This document shows positions 38,211 through 47,914 of a DNA stretch of 64,000 nucleotides, piece by piece (within the stretch, counting starts at the first letter, position 1; every line of letters begins with the position of its first letter). Both the position numbers and the translations under genes were made by a program. This DNA comes from Bacteriovoracia bacterium (GTDB lineage Bacteria > Bdellovibrionota > UBA1018 > JBFWNL01), in the NCBI GenBank assembly GCA_050251055.1, contig JBFWNL010000002.1, positions 288,001-352,000 of the forward strand. The letters are read 5' to 3'. Below the pieces are notes generated by a model, which was not told where the DNA came from, made no database searches, and saw only the letters and a list, made by a program, of their open reading frames with translations.

Positions 38211-39244
38211 TAGAACTGCCTCACGAAGCGCATGTCGCCCTGGTAGAGCAGACGAATGTCGGTGATTTCATGCAGGAGCATGGCGATGCGCTCGACGCCC
38301 ATGCCGAACGCGAAGCCGGTAAGCCCTGGCTCGTCCGCATACGCGGGGCCGGCGGTCTTGAAAAGATTCGGGTGCACCATACCAGCGCCCAAGATTTCGA
38401 GCCAGCCGCTGCCGCGGCAAACTTTACAGGTTGGGTTGATCGATTTGCGGCACAGGAAACAACTCACATCGACTTCCGCGCCCGGTTCGACGAACGGGAA
38501 GTAACTGGGACGTAGGCGGATCTTCGACTCGTTTCCGAACATTTCCTTGGCGAAGAATTCAAGCGTGCCCTTGAGATCGCTCATTTTCGTGCCGTGATCC
38601 ACCCACAGGCCTTCGACCTGGTGGAACATCGGAGAATGGGTCGCGTCGCTGTCGCAGCGAAATACGGCTCCCGGACATAAGATACGCACGGGCCACTTGC
38701 GTTCCCGCATCGTGCGCATCTGCACCGACGTGGTATGCGTGCGCAGCACGACGCCGGGTCCCAGAAAGAAGGTATCCTGCATGTCGCGCGCGGGGTGATC
38801 CTTCGGCATGTTCGCGGCTTCAAAATTCAAGAAGTCGGTCTCGGCCTCGGGGCCGGTGGTGACGTCAAAGCCAATGCGCGAGAAAATTTCGATGATCTTG
38901 CGGGTCGTTTGGGTGATCGGGTGCAGAGCGCCCCGATGTTCCATACGCGCGGGCATGGTGACGTCGATGCGCTCGTTGGCGAGCTGCTCGCCTAAGGCGG
39001 CGGCGTCGAGCGTTTCGCGACGAGCCTCAATCGCGGCTTCGATCTTGCCTTTCCATTGGTTGGCGACGGCGCCGATCTTCGGGCGATCTTCGGCGGAGGC
39101 CTGGCCCAAGCCACGTAGGACTTCGCTGAGCGCGCCTTTTTTACCGAGGACGGATACACGAATGCCTTCGAGCGCCTCCAGGGAGGAAGCAGCCTCGACG
39201 TCTTTCAAGGCCTGCGCTCCGATCGCATCCAACTTGTCTATCAT
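38210..39244 (-). CDS. pheS: Phenylalanine--tRNA ligase alpha subunit
   Basis: HPARDMQDTF, LRTHT, THSPMFHQVEG, YFPFVEP, GFAFGMGVER. Confidence 0.97.
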   Translation of the reverse strand: MIDKLDAIGAQALKDVEAASSLEALEGIRVSVLGKKGALSEVLRGLGQASAEDRPKIGAVANQWKGKIEAAIEARRETLDAAALGEQLANERIDVTMPARMEHRGALHPITQTTRKIIEIFSRIGFDVTTGPEAETDFLNFEAANMPKDHPARDMQDTFFLGPGVVLRTHTTSVQMRTMRERKWPVRILCPGAVFRCDSDATHSPMFHQVEGLWVDHGTKMSDLKGTLEFFAKEMFGNESKIRLRPSYFPFVEPGAEVDVSCFLCRKSINPTCKVCRGSGWLEILGAGMVHPNLFKTAGPAYADEPGLTGFAFGMGVERIAMLLHEITDIRLLYQGDMRFVRQF

Positions 39245-39280
39245 AAGTTCGTAGGGCGACGTTCGGTGCCCAAACTGCGT

Positions 39281-39643
39281 TTAGATCGCGGGAGCAGCCG
39301 AGCGCACTTGCTCGATGATCGCGGTGAAGCCGCTCGGATCGTGAATGGCGATTTCCGAGAGCATCTTGCGATTCAAGCCGACTTTCGACTTGGTCATCGC
39401 GGCGATCATGCGGCTGTAGCTCATGTTGTTGGCCACGGCAGCGGCCGACAGGCGGCCTACCCAAAGCTCGCGGAAGGACCGCTTGCGTACGCGACGATCG
39501 CGGTATTCGTACACGCGCGCGCGATCGACGGCTTCGGACATGCGGCGGAACTCGGTCCGGCGTCCAATCAAAAATCCTTCGGCGCGATCGCGAATCTTGC
39601 TACGGCGATGACGGCGTTTAAAACCACGTTTTGCACGAGACAT
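39281..39643 (-). CDS. rplT: 50S ribosomal protein L20
   Basis: YRDRRVRKRSFRELW, LNRKMLSEIA. Confidence 0.95.
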   Translation of the reverse strand: MSRAKRGFKRRHRRSKIRDRAEGFLIGRRTEFRRMSEAVDRARVYEYRDRRVRKRSFRELWVGRLSAAAVANNMSYSRMIAAMTKSKVGLNRKMLSEIAIHDPSGFTAIIEQVRSAAPAI

Positions 39644-39668
39644 TTTGCATTACTCCTAAGAAAAAATA

Positions 39669-39869
39669 CTACGCGCCGTAAGGCAGGCAGCGTTCCATGT
39701 TTTTGCGGGCGCCGGCGTCCAAAGTGGACGAATGGCGGAGCTTCAATTTCGTTTTCGTGCCCCACTTACCCAAGTTGTGGCGCATTCCCGCGCGCTTGTA
39801 CTTCACCTTGCCAGTCGCGGTAAATTTAAAGCGCTTCGCGGCCGCGCTCTTTGTCTTCATCTTCGGCAT
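39669..39869 (-). CDS. rpmI: 50S ribosomal protein L35
   Basis: [21 protein letters not shown]...LPY; GAGG SD before ATG 39869. Confidence 0.95.
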   Translation of the reverse strand: MPKMKTKSAAAKRFKFTATGKVKYKRAGMRHNLGKWGTKTKLKLRHSSTLDAGARKNMERCLPYGA

Positions 39870-39902
39870 AAAATCCTCGAGGTCGTTTTTTAGAAGAAAT
39901 GC

Positions 39903-39932
39903 ACCGTAACTCAGTCGGGCGTAAAAGGTCAA
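39903..39932 (-). promoter_or_regulatory. Possible sigma70 promoter for rpmI-rplT-pheST
   Basis: Minus strand TTGACC-N18-TACGGT. Confidence 0.4.
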
Positions 39933-40076
39933 GGGTTGAAGGGGGTTATCCACCCCACGAAGGCTTTAAATAGAACCGCGCATCCGGGACAAACCACCCC
40001 ATTTGTTGATGATTTTTGTCAATAAAATCAACCCCTTTTCAAGAGCCAATACTCTTCCCTCATCAGATGGCATGAC

Positions 40077-41876
40077 TCAGGGCTGCAGGATCAGCATCGA
40101 CGAGTTCGAAAACCGCCCCACCGCATATCCCTGCGCGTTCACCGCGACCACGCGGAAGCGGTACACGCCCCAGCCCGGCAAGTGCCGAATGGGTTGCACC
40201 AGGAAACGATAACGCGGCCCTTGGCCGATCGCATGCGTCAGCGCCATCGGATCGGGCCGCACGTCGTTCGGGGTTGAAAAGTCCATCCCCGGCCGGCTCA
40301 CTTCGAGGTAGCCCGCGACCATGCCGCTCGCGACGAACTCGCTCAAATCGTAATCCACTGGAATGGTGACGTTCGGGTTGTTCACCACGAGCGTCGTCTG
40401 TCCACCCAGGAGAGGTGGATTCGCGACGTCGCCGTTCGGAGGCGGCGTGTTCGTGGGGGTGGGGGTTGGCGTCGGCGTGGGGGTCGCGGTGGGTGTCGGG
40501 TTCGGCATGGGTTCGCCACTCGCCGCCGAAAGCACGGCTTGATAGGCGTTCACGCGTCCGTTCGAGACGACCTTGCCGTTGAGCGCCGCGACCGGGTCCA
40601 CCGAACCCAAGAGCAGCCGCTTCAAGTCCCAATACTGGAGGCTCGGATTCTTCGCCATCATGAGCGCCAGCACCCCTGACACCAGCGGCGTCGCCATCGA
40701 GGTTCCGCTCATGTTCTGATACGCGTTCCCGTTCTTCGCCGACCAGATCTGCTCGCCCGGTGCTCCGATGTGCACGGTGCGGGCGCCGTAATTCGAAAAC
40801 GAGGTCAGGGCGTCGTTTTGCCCGGTGGCCGCCACGGCAATCACGTTGTCCTCGGCGTAGTTCGAAGGATAGTTCGGCACCTGATCGTTATCGTCGCCGC
40901 GCCCGTCCTGCCCGCCATTGCCCGCGGCCGCGACAAAGAGAATGCCCGCCGCTTTCGCGCGTCGGACGGCGTCGAGCAAGGCCTGGAAGCTTTGGCTCGC
41001 GCCCCAGGAGTTGCTCATGATGTCGGCGTGATTGGCGATCGCGTAATCAATCGCCTGGATGGCGGCGGAAATCGAGCCACTGCCGTTACTGGCCAAGAAC
41101 TTCAACGCCATGAGCTTCACGCGCGGAGCGTGACCCGAAATCCCGATGCCATTGCCCCCTACCCCACCGATCGTGCCAGCTACGTGAGTGCCGTGGTAGT
41201 GGCTATCGTCGGCCTTAGGTTGGTTGTTGTTACCGACGAAGTTCCATCCGTAAACGTCGTCGACGTAACCATTGCCGTCGTCGTCGCGCCCGTTGCCCGG
41301 CGTTTCGCCTGGGTTTCGCCACATATTGTCGCGAAGATCCTCGTGATCGTAGTCGATACCGCTATCGATCACGGCCACGACAATGTCCGAACTGCCTTGG
41401 CTTAAGTCCCACGCCTGGGCCGATTGCACCTTCGCGTGCGCCCACTGCTGGGAAATCATGGGATCGTTCAAAACCGCCGCGGCGCTCGGACCTTCGAGCA
41501 CGTGCGCCTCCCCATCGGGCTCGACGAACTCGACATCGATGGAAGCTCGCAGTTCCGCGAGCCGGGCTTCGATCCGCGCCGGTTCGGGGTTGGCGAATTG
41601 GAGCGTGTAGAGGTTCTCCCCAATCACGTGCGCCTCGCTGCCGTGGCCTCCGGCCGTACGCAAATAATCGATCCGTTCGTGCGGAAAGCTCGATTGCAGG
41701 AGCGGCTTGCGAAACTGGATAATGTAGCGATTCTCGGTGACCGGGCTGCCATCGGGCAGGGGGACCGGAGAGGATTTTCCACAGGCGGCAACCGCGAATA
41801 TCCCCAGGGCGGCGACCCCGGCGAGCGCGCGCGTGAGCTTGAACTGCCATCTTCCGAGTTGAACCATCTTCGACAC
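40077..41876 (-). CDS. Subtilisin-like S8 serine protease, lipoprotein, with Pro/Thr linker and unknown C-terminal domain
   Basis: Lipobox VAAC; VIDSG, HGTHVAG, AAAGN, SGTSMATP; PTPT linker. Confidence 0.93.
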   Translation of the reverse strand: MSKMVQLGRWQFKLTRALAGVAALGIFAVAACGKSSPVPLPDGSPVTENRYIIQFRKPLLQSSFPHERIDYLRTAGGHGSEAHVIGENLYTLQFANPEPARIEARLAELRASIDVEFVEPDGEAHVLEGPSAAAVLNDPMISQQWAHAKVQSAQAWDLSQGSSDIVVAVIDSGIDYDHEDLRDNMWRNPGETPGNGRDDDGNGYVDDVYGWNFVGNNNQPKADDSHYHGTHVAGTIGGVGGNGIGISGHAPRVKLMALKFLASNGSGSISAAIQAIDYAIANHADIMSNSWGASQSFQALLDAVRRAKAAGILFVAAAGNGGQDGRGDDNDQVPNYPSNYAEDNVIAVAATGQNDALTSFSNYGARTVHIGAPGEQIWSAKNGNAYQNMSGTSMATPLVSGVLALMMAKNPSLQYWDLKRLLLGSVDPVAALNGKVVSNGRVNAYQAVLSAASGEPMPNPTPTATPTPTPTPTPTNTPPPNGDVANPPLLGGQTTLVVNNPNVTIPVDYDLSEFVASGMVAGYLEVSRPGMDFSTPNDVRPDPMALTHAIGQGPRYRFLVQPIRHLPGWGVYRFRVVAVNAQGYAVGRFSNSSMLILQP

Positions 41877-41963
41877 CTCTAGGTGCCGGATCGGTGACTA
41901 GGGGATGCGTCTTGAATGCTCCACTAATGAGCTAGGCATTCCTTGCCGACGGTCGAGTCCGCT

Positions 41964-42004
41964 AAAAAGAAAAACCCCGAGGAAGGACTTCCTTCCGCGG
42001 GGTT
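41964..42004 (-). terminator. Intrinsic terminator after infC
   Basis: Minus strand AACCCCG...CGGGGTT stem followed by TTTCTTTTT. Confidence 0.7.
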
Positions 42005-42018
42005 CGTAAAGGGTGGGT

Positions 42019-42753
42019 CTAAGCTTTTTTTGGCGTGATCACGACTCCCGGCTTGGGGGTGATCGGGGAAACCGGCGAAACCACCGTTTTCGGGGTGGGC
42101 GCGCCGCCGGGCTTTTTGGACGCCGGGGCCAGGATCATGATCATCTTCTTGCCTTCGAGCTTGGGCTCGAATTCAACGATGGCCACGTCCTTCAGCGTCG
42201 TGATCAGATCGCGCATGATCTTGTAGCCCACTTCGGAGTGCGCCACTTCGCGACCGCGGAACATCATGGTGATCTTGGCTTTATCGCCTTCCTCCAGGAA
42301 GCCGCGCACGGCCTTGAGCTTGTAATCCAAGTCGTGCTGGTCCGTATTGGGGCGAAGCTGGATTTCCTTCACCTTGATCACGACTTGCTTCTTCTTGGCC
42401 TGCTGCTCTTTCTTTTTCTTCTCGTACTTGAACTTTCCGTAATCGCAGATCTTGCAGACCGGCGGACGGGAAGTCGGGGAGATCTCCATGAGATCCAAAC
42501 CGCGCTCGCGCGCCATTTTCAGCGCTTCGAAGGTGGGCACGACGCCGACCTGACCGCCGTTTTCGTCGATGAGACGCACTTCCGGCACGCGGATGCGCTC
42601 ATTAATTCGATGTTCGTCTTTGTTGGGAGTGATTGGGCCTTTGCCCTTGATGAAACGGCCGCCGCCGCCACCGCTGCCTCCGCCGCCGCCGGGACCGCGC
42701 GGGCCTCCGGGAGGGGGTGGGCCACCTGGCTTATAACTTGGAAAAGGTGTCAT
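42019..42753 (-). CDS. infC: Translation initiation factor IF-3 with Gly/Pro-rich N- and Pro-rich C-terminal extensions
   Basis: RINERI, PPVCKICDYGKFKY, KEIQLRP, GDKAK..FRGRE; start uncertain. Confidence 0.95.
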   Translation of the reverse strand: MTPFPSYKPGGPPPPGGPRGPGGGGGSGGGGGRFIKGKGPITPNKDEHRINERIRVPEVRLIDENGGQVGVVPTFEALKMARERGLDLMEISPTSRPPVCKICDYGKFKYEKKKKEQQAKKKQVVIKVKEIQLRPNTDQHDLDYKLKAVRGFLEEGDKAKITMMFRGREVAHSEVGYKIMRDLITTLKDVAIVEFEPKLEGKKMIMILAPASKKPGGAPTPKTVVSPVSPITPKPGVVITPKKA

Positions 42754-42843
42754 TCTGAGGTCGAGTTCTCCTTAAATATTGAACAAAAATACCCAAGCTC
42801 CAGGGATACCGGAGATTTCCGGGCATTGTCAAGAACGCGTCAA

Positions 42844-43599
42844 TTACTCGCCCAAAATAGCCCGCAGCGACGTCAGCTGCTGCTGGAGCAGGGCCGGATT
42901 CTTTGCCTTTTCCCAGGTCAAGCGATTGGAGACCGCGGTCACGATCCCATCGAGCATCGAAACCACGAAATCGATGTCCGACTGGGCGACCTTCTCGGGC
43001 TTGATCAATCCGTGGTCGAAGTGCTCATCAAACAAGAAAACCGCACGGCCGTCGGCGAGCGGCTCAAAACGCAGCACCCCGTCGAAGCTTTGGAAGCGGT
43101 CGGCCTGGGCGAGATTCGATTCCAAGCTATATCCCGCGATAGATTCCGCGTCGTGATCCGTCGTCGCGTAACGGCCGGCCACGAAGTAGAGTTGATAGTT
43201 TTCGTCACCCACGTACCAGGGCAAGTCCATCACGTAGCTTACGCGCGTTTCCGTGGGTTGCATGGAAGGTGAGCGTGGCAGCGGCTTGGATTGCAGCGTG
43301 TTCGGCAGAAATTCCCGATGACGGGCATAGTCGGTCATCACGGCCATCGCCTCTTCGGCGGTAGCGTTCAGGCGACGGTACACCTTCACACGCGGCCACG
43401 GCGAGCCCGCGATGGGGATCCGTACGATCACCGATTTGCCAGCGAACAGGAGTTTTTTCTGGTTCGCATCTAGATCCGAGGTGATGGTCTTGAGATCCGA
43501 AAGATTTTGTTGCAGTTCGGCGCGGGGCCCGAGATCCCCGAACGAGTAAGCCTCCATCGCCTGGGCGCCATTCATGAAAAACAAAGCCGCTAAGAGCAT
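42844..43599 (-). CDS. Secreted hypothetical protein, START/SRPBCC-like
   Basis: Signal-like MLLAALFFMNGAQA with GGAGG SD; WPRVKVY, MAVMTDYARHREFLP pattern. Confidence 0.6.
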   Translation of the reverse strand: MLLAALFFMNGAQAMEAYSFGDLGPRAELQQNLSDLKTITSDLDANQKKLLFAGKSVIVRIPIAGSPWPRVKVYRRLNATAEEAMAVMTDYARHREFLPNTLQSKPLPRSPSMQPTETRVSYVMDLPWYVGDENYQLYFVAGRYATTDHDAESIAGYSLESNLAQADRFQSFDGVLRFEPLADGRAVFLFDEHFDHGLIKPEKVAQSDIDFVVSMLDGIVTAVSNRLTWEKAKNPALLQQQLTSLRAILGE

Positions 43600-43711
43600 T
43601 CCCAATCCCTCCCCATTTGCGCCGAGCTTGTAACCCGTAGCGATTCGGTTGGCTAAGTAAATTTGACAATGCAATGCAACACAAGGAAGATGATTTTCAC
43701 CTTTAGCGCAT

Positions 43712-44476
43712 ATGACCAAGACCACGTGGATTTTTCCCCGCTCCCGTTCTTTCTGGTATGGATTTCGGCTCCCCTTGGAAGCAGCGAGTCTAATTCTCCG
43801 GCAACGCTCATTGCTCGCTTTGAGTGCCCTACCCATTACGCTCACGCTCGCACTTTATTTTTTTGTGATCCGCAAGGCGATCGACTACGCCCAGACTCAG
43901 CTGGGCGCTCTCATTGCTAGATGGTCACTGGACCCTGAAGGTTGGGCGGCCTGGGGAGCGCAGTGGACCGGCCGCATCTTGCTGTTCGTGGTCGCCGCCC
44001 TCACGTTCAGCTTCGTCTCCGCGATCATCGCCTCGCCCTTCAACGATTTCCTCGCCGAGCGCGCCGAACGGTATGGACAACCCGCGCTCCCGCCCGTCGG
44101 CGAATCGACCTGGGTGGAGAAATTGCGGTTGATCTGGATCGACGTCGCCAAATCCGTCGCGGCCGGCATAACGGGAATCGCGGCGCTCGTTTTCTCCTGG
44201 GTTCCGGTCCTGAACGTGATCGCGTTCGTCGTGGCGTTCTTGCTCGTTTGTTTTCAATACACGAGCTATCCACAAACCCGGCGCGGTCAGAGCTTGCGGC
44301 AAGGCCTGTATTTCCTTTGGCGCCACTTCTACGCCTGCGTGGGCTTCGGCGCCGCGATGACTCTGCTTTTCGCCATTCCCTTGGCGGCGAGCTTCTTCCT
44401 GCCCGTCGCCGTAGTGGGCGGAACTCTGCTCGTGGCCCGCGCACCCGGCTCCGGCAGCCTGTTTCGGCTCAAATGA
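43712..44476 (+). CDS. EI24/CysZ-like membrane protein
   Basis: 4-5 hydrophobic segments; IIASPFNDFLAE; PVAVVGGTLL. Confidence 0.8.
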   Translation: MTKTTWIFPRSRSFWYGFRLPLEAASLILRQRSLLALSALPITLTLALYFFVIRKAIDYAQTQLGALIARWSLDPEGWAAWGAQWTGRILLFVVAALTFSFVSAIIASPFNDFLAERAERYGQPALPPVGESTWVEKLRLIWIDVAKSVAAGITGIAALVFSWVPVLNVIAFVVAFLLVCFQYTSYPQTRRGQSLRQGLYFLWRHFYACVGFGAAMTLLFAIPLAASFFLPVAVVGGTLLVARAPGSGSLFRLK

Positions 44477-44588
44477 GCCGCACCCCGTAGGCAATTCCTT
44501 CCCATTCAGAAAATCGCTCCCGCTCCGATGAAACCTGGGACAGGCAAGCATTTGCCGCATTGCCATGGCTTCAGGGAAGGAGCGCTAG

Positions 44589-45320
44589 ATGCAGAACCCA
44601 GTATTTCCCCGTTGGTCGACTTATCTTTTCTCCGCTTCCGCGGTGATCCTGCTCTCGTGGGCCATGAGCGGTTGCCGATTCGGAAATCACGTTGAGTACC
44701 CCGCTTCGCGCGATCAGTGGACGGGCTACTACGAAACGCTTCCCCGCACCCTGCAAATGTGCGTGACCCTCAACGGGCAAAGCGCCAACTGCGTGAACTC
44801 GAATCCCAATCAAAACGTTCCTAGCTTTATCGACGAGGTCGTGGGCAATCCCACCATCGTGGGCGTGACCGATCTCAACACCGGCAAGGGACTCATGTAC
44901 GACCCCGACGTCCAGGTCGCCCTCCCCATCTACGTGAACATGGGAAGCGGCGCGCTTTCGCTCTTATTGAACGAAAGCACCGAGGATTTCTGGGGAGCCG
45001 CCGGCTGTACGCATGAGGTCGACCTGGAGGCGGCCGGCAGCCTCGACCAAAGTACCCACAACGAGGTAAATGGACGTACCACGCAAGGCAAACTCAACCT
45101 CACCTTCGAAGTAAGCGATCGCTTCTTGGGGGGTTGCGCCCCGGCGCTGGCCGAACTGCGCGACTGCTACAATAATGTCAACCTTTGCAATTCGCAGGAC
45201 AACCAGGCGACCCAACGCGCGATCCAAGATCTGGTTCAGCCTTTCATCAACGCAGGCTTAATGACGGCCCCCCAAATCGCCGACATGGCCGTCCTGTTTT
45301 ACCGCGTCGAATACCACTAG
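44589..45320 (+). CDS. Hypothetical lipoprotein
   Basis: Lipobox MSGC; AAGGAG SD; paired Cys. Confidence 0.75.
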   Translation: MQNPVFPRWSTYLFSASAVILLSWAMSGCRFGNHVEYPASRDQWTGYYETLPRTLQMCVTLNGQSANCVNSNPNQNVPSFIDEVVGNPTIVGVTDLNTGKGLMYDPDVQVALPIYVNMGSGALSLLLNESTEDFWGAAGCTHEVDLEAAGSLDQSTHNEVNGRTTQGKLNLTFEVSDRFLGGCAPALAELRDCYNNVNLCNSQDNQATQRAIQDLVQPFINAGLMTAPQIADMAVLFYRVEYH

Positions 45321-45356
45321 CCAAATCCCTCGGGTCTCGTGTTAAATAGGGGGCAT

Positions 45357-45995
45357 ATGCGCGCATCCCACGAGATCCTCTTGGCTTCCATGAACTTCCA
45401 TAAATGGGAGGAGTTCGACAGCCTCCTGAAACCACTGGGTAACGTGAAGCTCCTACGCGCCGACGAGATCCTGCGCAACGCCGGCAAACTAGGACTCGCC
45501 GAGCAGTATGCGAGCTACGCCGAAAACGCGATGGCCAAGGCCCGGCTCGCCAATCAAGGTTCGCACTACCCTTGCCTCGCCGACGATTCCGGCCTCGAAG
45601 TGGAAGCCCTGGGCGGCAAACCCGGCGTGAAGAGCCACCATTTCGCGATCGCGAAGGCCGGCCAAACCCAGGACGCCGCTAACGTCGATAAGCTCCTGAC
45701 CGAACTCAAGGGCCACCCCATGGCGAAACGCCAAGCGCGCTTCGTTTGCTCGCTCGCGCTCGTGATGGAGGGCATCTGCCTGGAAGCGACCGGCACCCTG
45801 AGCGGAACGATCGCGGAAGCTCCCTCGGGAAATCACGGCTTCGGCTACGATCCCGTTTTCATCCCCCAAGGCGCGACGAAAACCTTGGCCCAGATGTCGG
45901 CCGAAGAGAAAAACGCCATTTCCCACCGCGCGGCCGCGGTACAAAGCCTGCTCGCGCAAATCCAGGAAAAAGGGATCATCTTCGCCAAGCCGTAA
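45357..45995 (+). CDS. rdgB: Non-canonical purine NTP pyrophosphatase (RdgB/HAM1)
   Basis: ENAMAKA, ADDSGL, FGYDPVF, KNAISHR. Confidence 0.92.
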   Translation: MRASHEILLASMNFHKWEEFDSLLKPLGNVKLLRADEILRNAGKLGLAEQYASYAENAMAKARLANQGSHYPCLADDSGLEVEALGGKPGVKSHHFAIAKAGQTQDAANVDKLLTELKGHPMAKRQARFVCSLALVMEGICLEATGTLSGTIAEAPSGNHGFGYDPVFIPQGATKTLAQMSAEEKNAISHRAAAVQSLLAQIQEKGIIFAKP

Positions 45996-46081
45996 TCAGT
46001 ATCCCTAATCAGACCCCCTAAAAACGAATAATTATTATTTCTGCCCACGGCTGGGTACACACGCGCTCGGACGTAAGAACT

Positions 46082-46151
46082 GGGTCGATTACCTCAGCAC
46101 CCCTGTCGGCGGCAATTTCGCCCCGAACGAGGGAATTAAGGCAAGCGACCC
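46082..46151. other. Unassigned long imperfect hairpin (candidate ncRNA or cis-element)
   Basis: GGGTCG...CGACCC closing stem with nested complementary segments; see finding. Confidence 0.45.
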
Positions 46152-46174
46152 CTTTTGACAGAGGGAAAAACAAA

Positions 46175-46705
46175 GTGAAAAAATTAGTATTGTTGTCGTT
46201 GCTCGTTTTCGTTAACGCCGGCGCCGTACTCGCGGATGGCCCACGCCCCCCCAAGCCCGTGAAGCCAGTGATCTGCCCGAAGCACGTGGAAACCAGCCAG
46301 CTTCGCTTGTTCCAACTGGACCCCGAGTTGAATCTGGGCCTCGTAAACCACGGGGCCGTGACCGTGAACTATTCTAATCGCGAAGTCACGCTCACGCTCA
46401 CCCAAACCCCGAAGTGCGAACCCGGCGCCGTTTGCCCCCTGGGCTTCGCCGTGAAACTCAGCCAGAAGCTTGAACTCGTGGAAGTCGAAACCGGCGCCTG
46501 CGGAGAAAAGATCGTCACCGCCCGGATGGACAAGCGCCCGGTCGATGGCCTGCTGAAGGAAATCACGGTGACCGACAACCGCGACAACCGCTGCCGCCAC
46601 CTCGTGCCCCCCGTGGAAGTGCGCTACGAAACGGAAAGCCTCCGCGGTTTCCGCACCGAATCCACGATGATCGGCGACCGATTCGAAGCCAACCTTTACT
46701 TCTAA
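46175..46705 (+). CDS. Secreted hypothetical protein (Cys-containing)
   Basis: Signal peptide; CEPGAVC; GACG; VDG..ITVTDN. Confidence 0.8.
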   Translation: MKKLVLLSLLVFVNAGAVLADGPRPPKPVKPVICPKHVETSQLRLFQLDPELNLGLVNHGAVTVNYSNREVTLTLTQTPKCEPGAVCPLGFAVKLSQKLELVEVETGACGEKIVTARMDKRPVDGLLKEITVTDNRDNRCRHLVPPVEVRYETESLRGFRTESTMIGDRFEANLYF

Positions 46706-46789
46706 GCCTCCGCTCGAAGTTCAGTTGTGCTTCAGGGCCGATCGCGCCACCCGCGGTCGGCCCTTTACTTTTGCGTTAAAAATGCCCGC

Positions 46790-47497
46790 CTAAAAAAGCG
46801 TACGGTAATAGACCCACTTCAAGTATTCCATCATCGTGACCTCGACACTGCGGAGCGTGCCCTTCCAGTCTGCTCCCGAAAAGGGCTCTTGCCGGATGGT
46901 CATGGTCTCGATCTCGAATTCGGCGGCGTCCCGCGCGGGATTCAGGGTCTTTTCAAAGAGGTAGTGAGCGCGGCGAATATGGTAGCTCGACGTCATGAGC
47001 AGGATGCGCTTCCAACCGCGCTGGCGGGCATGGACGGAAAACACCTCGGCGTTCTCCCGGGTATTCTCGCTATCGGTTTCCAATACGACGTTGGCGGTAT
47101 TCAGGTAGGGAAGTACTTCCTTGCGGACCTGCTTCTCGAACACCTTCCAGTTCGCCCGAGGTCCCATCCCGGCGATGAAGAGGATGGGTGGGCGTCCCAG
47201 CACCGGGGGCCGGCCCACGGGACCTGGCGCCGGGGTATTCGGCAAATTCGGCTTAAACTGGGCCTTTTGATGGTAGGCGAACCAAAGGTTGGTAGCCGCC
47301 TCGATACGTCCCTTTCCCCCAGAAAGGCAAACGATTACATCTACTTCCGGCAGCTCCTCGAGCGTCGCCGAATCCTGGTGATCGTAGATGATTCCGGCCG
47401 TCATATAGGCGAGCGAAAGGACCCCTACCCCCATGCCCACAAAGAGGACTAGCAGCATCAGGGCAACCCGCTTGAACGTAGCCAGATGGCGTACCAT
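46790..47497 (-). CDS. YdcF/DUF218 family envelope protein
   Basis: N-terminal TM; IVCLSGG, ETDSENTRENA, LMTSSYHIRRA, EYLK; start uncertain. Confidence 0.88.
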   Translation of the reverse strand: MVRHLATFKRVALMLLVLFVGMGVGVLSLAYMTAGIIYDHQDSATLEELPEVDVIVCLSGGKGRIEAATNLWFAYHQKAQFKPNLPNTPAPGPVGRPPVLGRPPILFIAGMGPRANWKVFEKQVRKEVLPYLNTANVVLETDSENTRENAEVFSVHARQRGWKRILLMTSSYHIRRAHYLFEKTLNPARDAAEFEIETMTIRQEPFSGADWKGTLRSVEVTMMEYLKWVYYRTLF

Positions 47498-47591
47498 GGC
47501 CCAAAAGCTAGCACGCTTTTTCAAGCTTGCAAAAACCAAACAAGTCCACTAGGTTGTCCGTTCTCGTATTTATTTTGAAAGGAATTTCACC

Positions 47592-47822
47592 ATGTCCCGC
47601 GTTTGTGATTATTGCGGCAAAGGCGTCTTCACTGGAAACAAGGTTTCCCACTCCAACATCAAGACCCGTACGCGCTGGCTCCCGAATCTTCGCAGGATGA
47701 AGGCCGTCGTCAACAACGTCACCCAGACGGTGAAAGCCTGTACCCGTTGCATTCGCTCGGGCAAAGTCGTGCGCCCCATCAAGCGCCGCTACAAGCCCGA
47801 AGCCACCGCCACGACCGCCTAA
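47592..47822 (+). CDS. rpmB: 50S ribosomal protein L28 (Zn-ribbon form)
   Basis: [33 protein letters not shown]. Confidence 0.95.
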   Translation: MSRVCDYCGKGVFTGNKVSHSNIKTRTRWLPNLRRMKAVVNNVTQTVKACTRCIRSGKVVRPIKRRYKPEATATTA

Positions 47823-47914
47823 GCTTTTCTTATCCGCGTATAATCAGTAGCGCTTTCGTAAATCGTTGATACACTTCTCCCCGATTTGTCAGGCAAAACT
47901 CTGAAGGGGGAATC

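Noticed and set aside
45996-46174. tRNA, SRP RNA, 6S RNA, ZTP/FMN/c-di-GMP riboswitch or attC assignment
   Set aside because: No T-loop or cloverleaf, no SRP helix-8 motif, no GACUGGCG or other diagnostic motifs, no attC core sites; kept as an unassigned hairpin.
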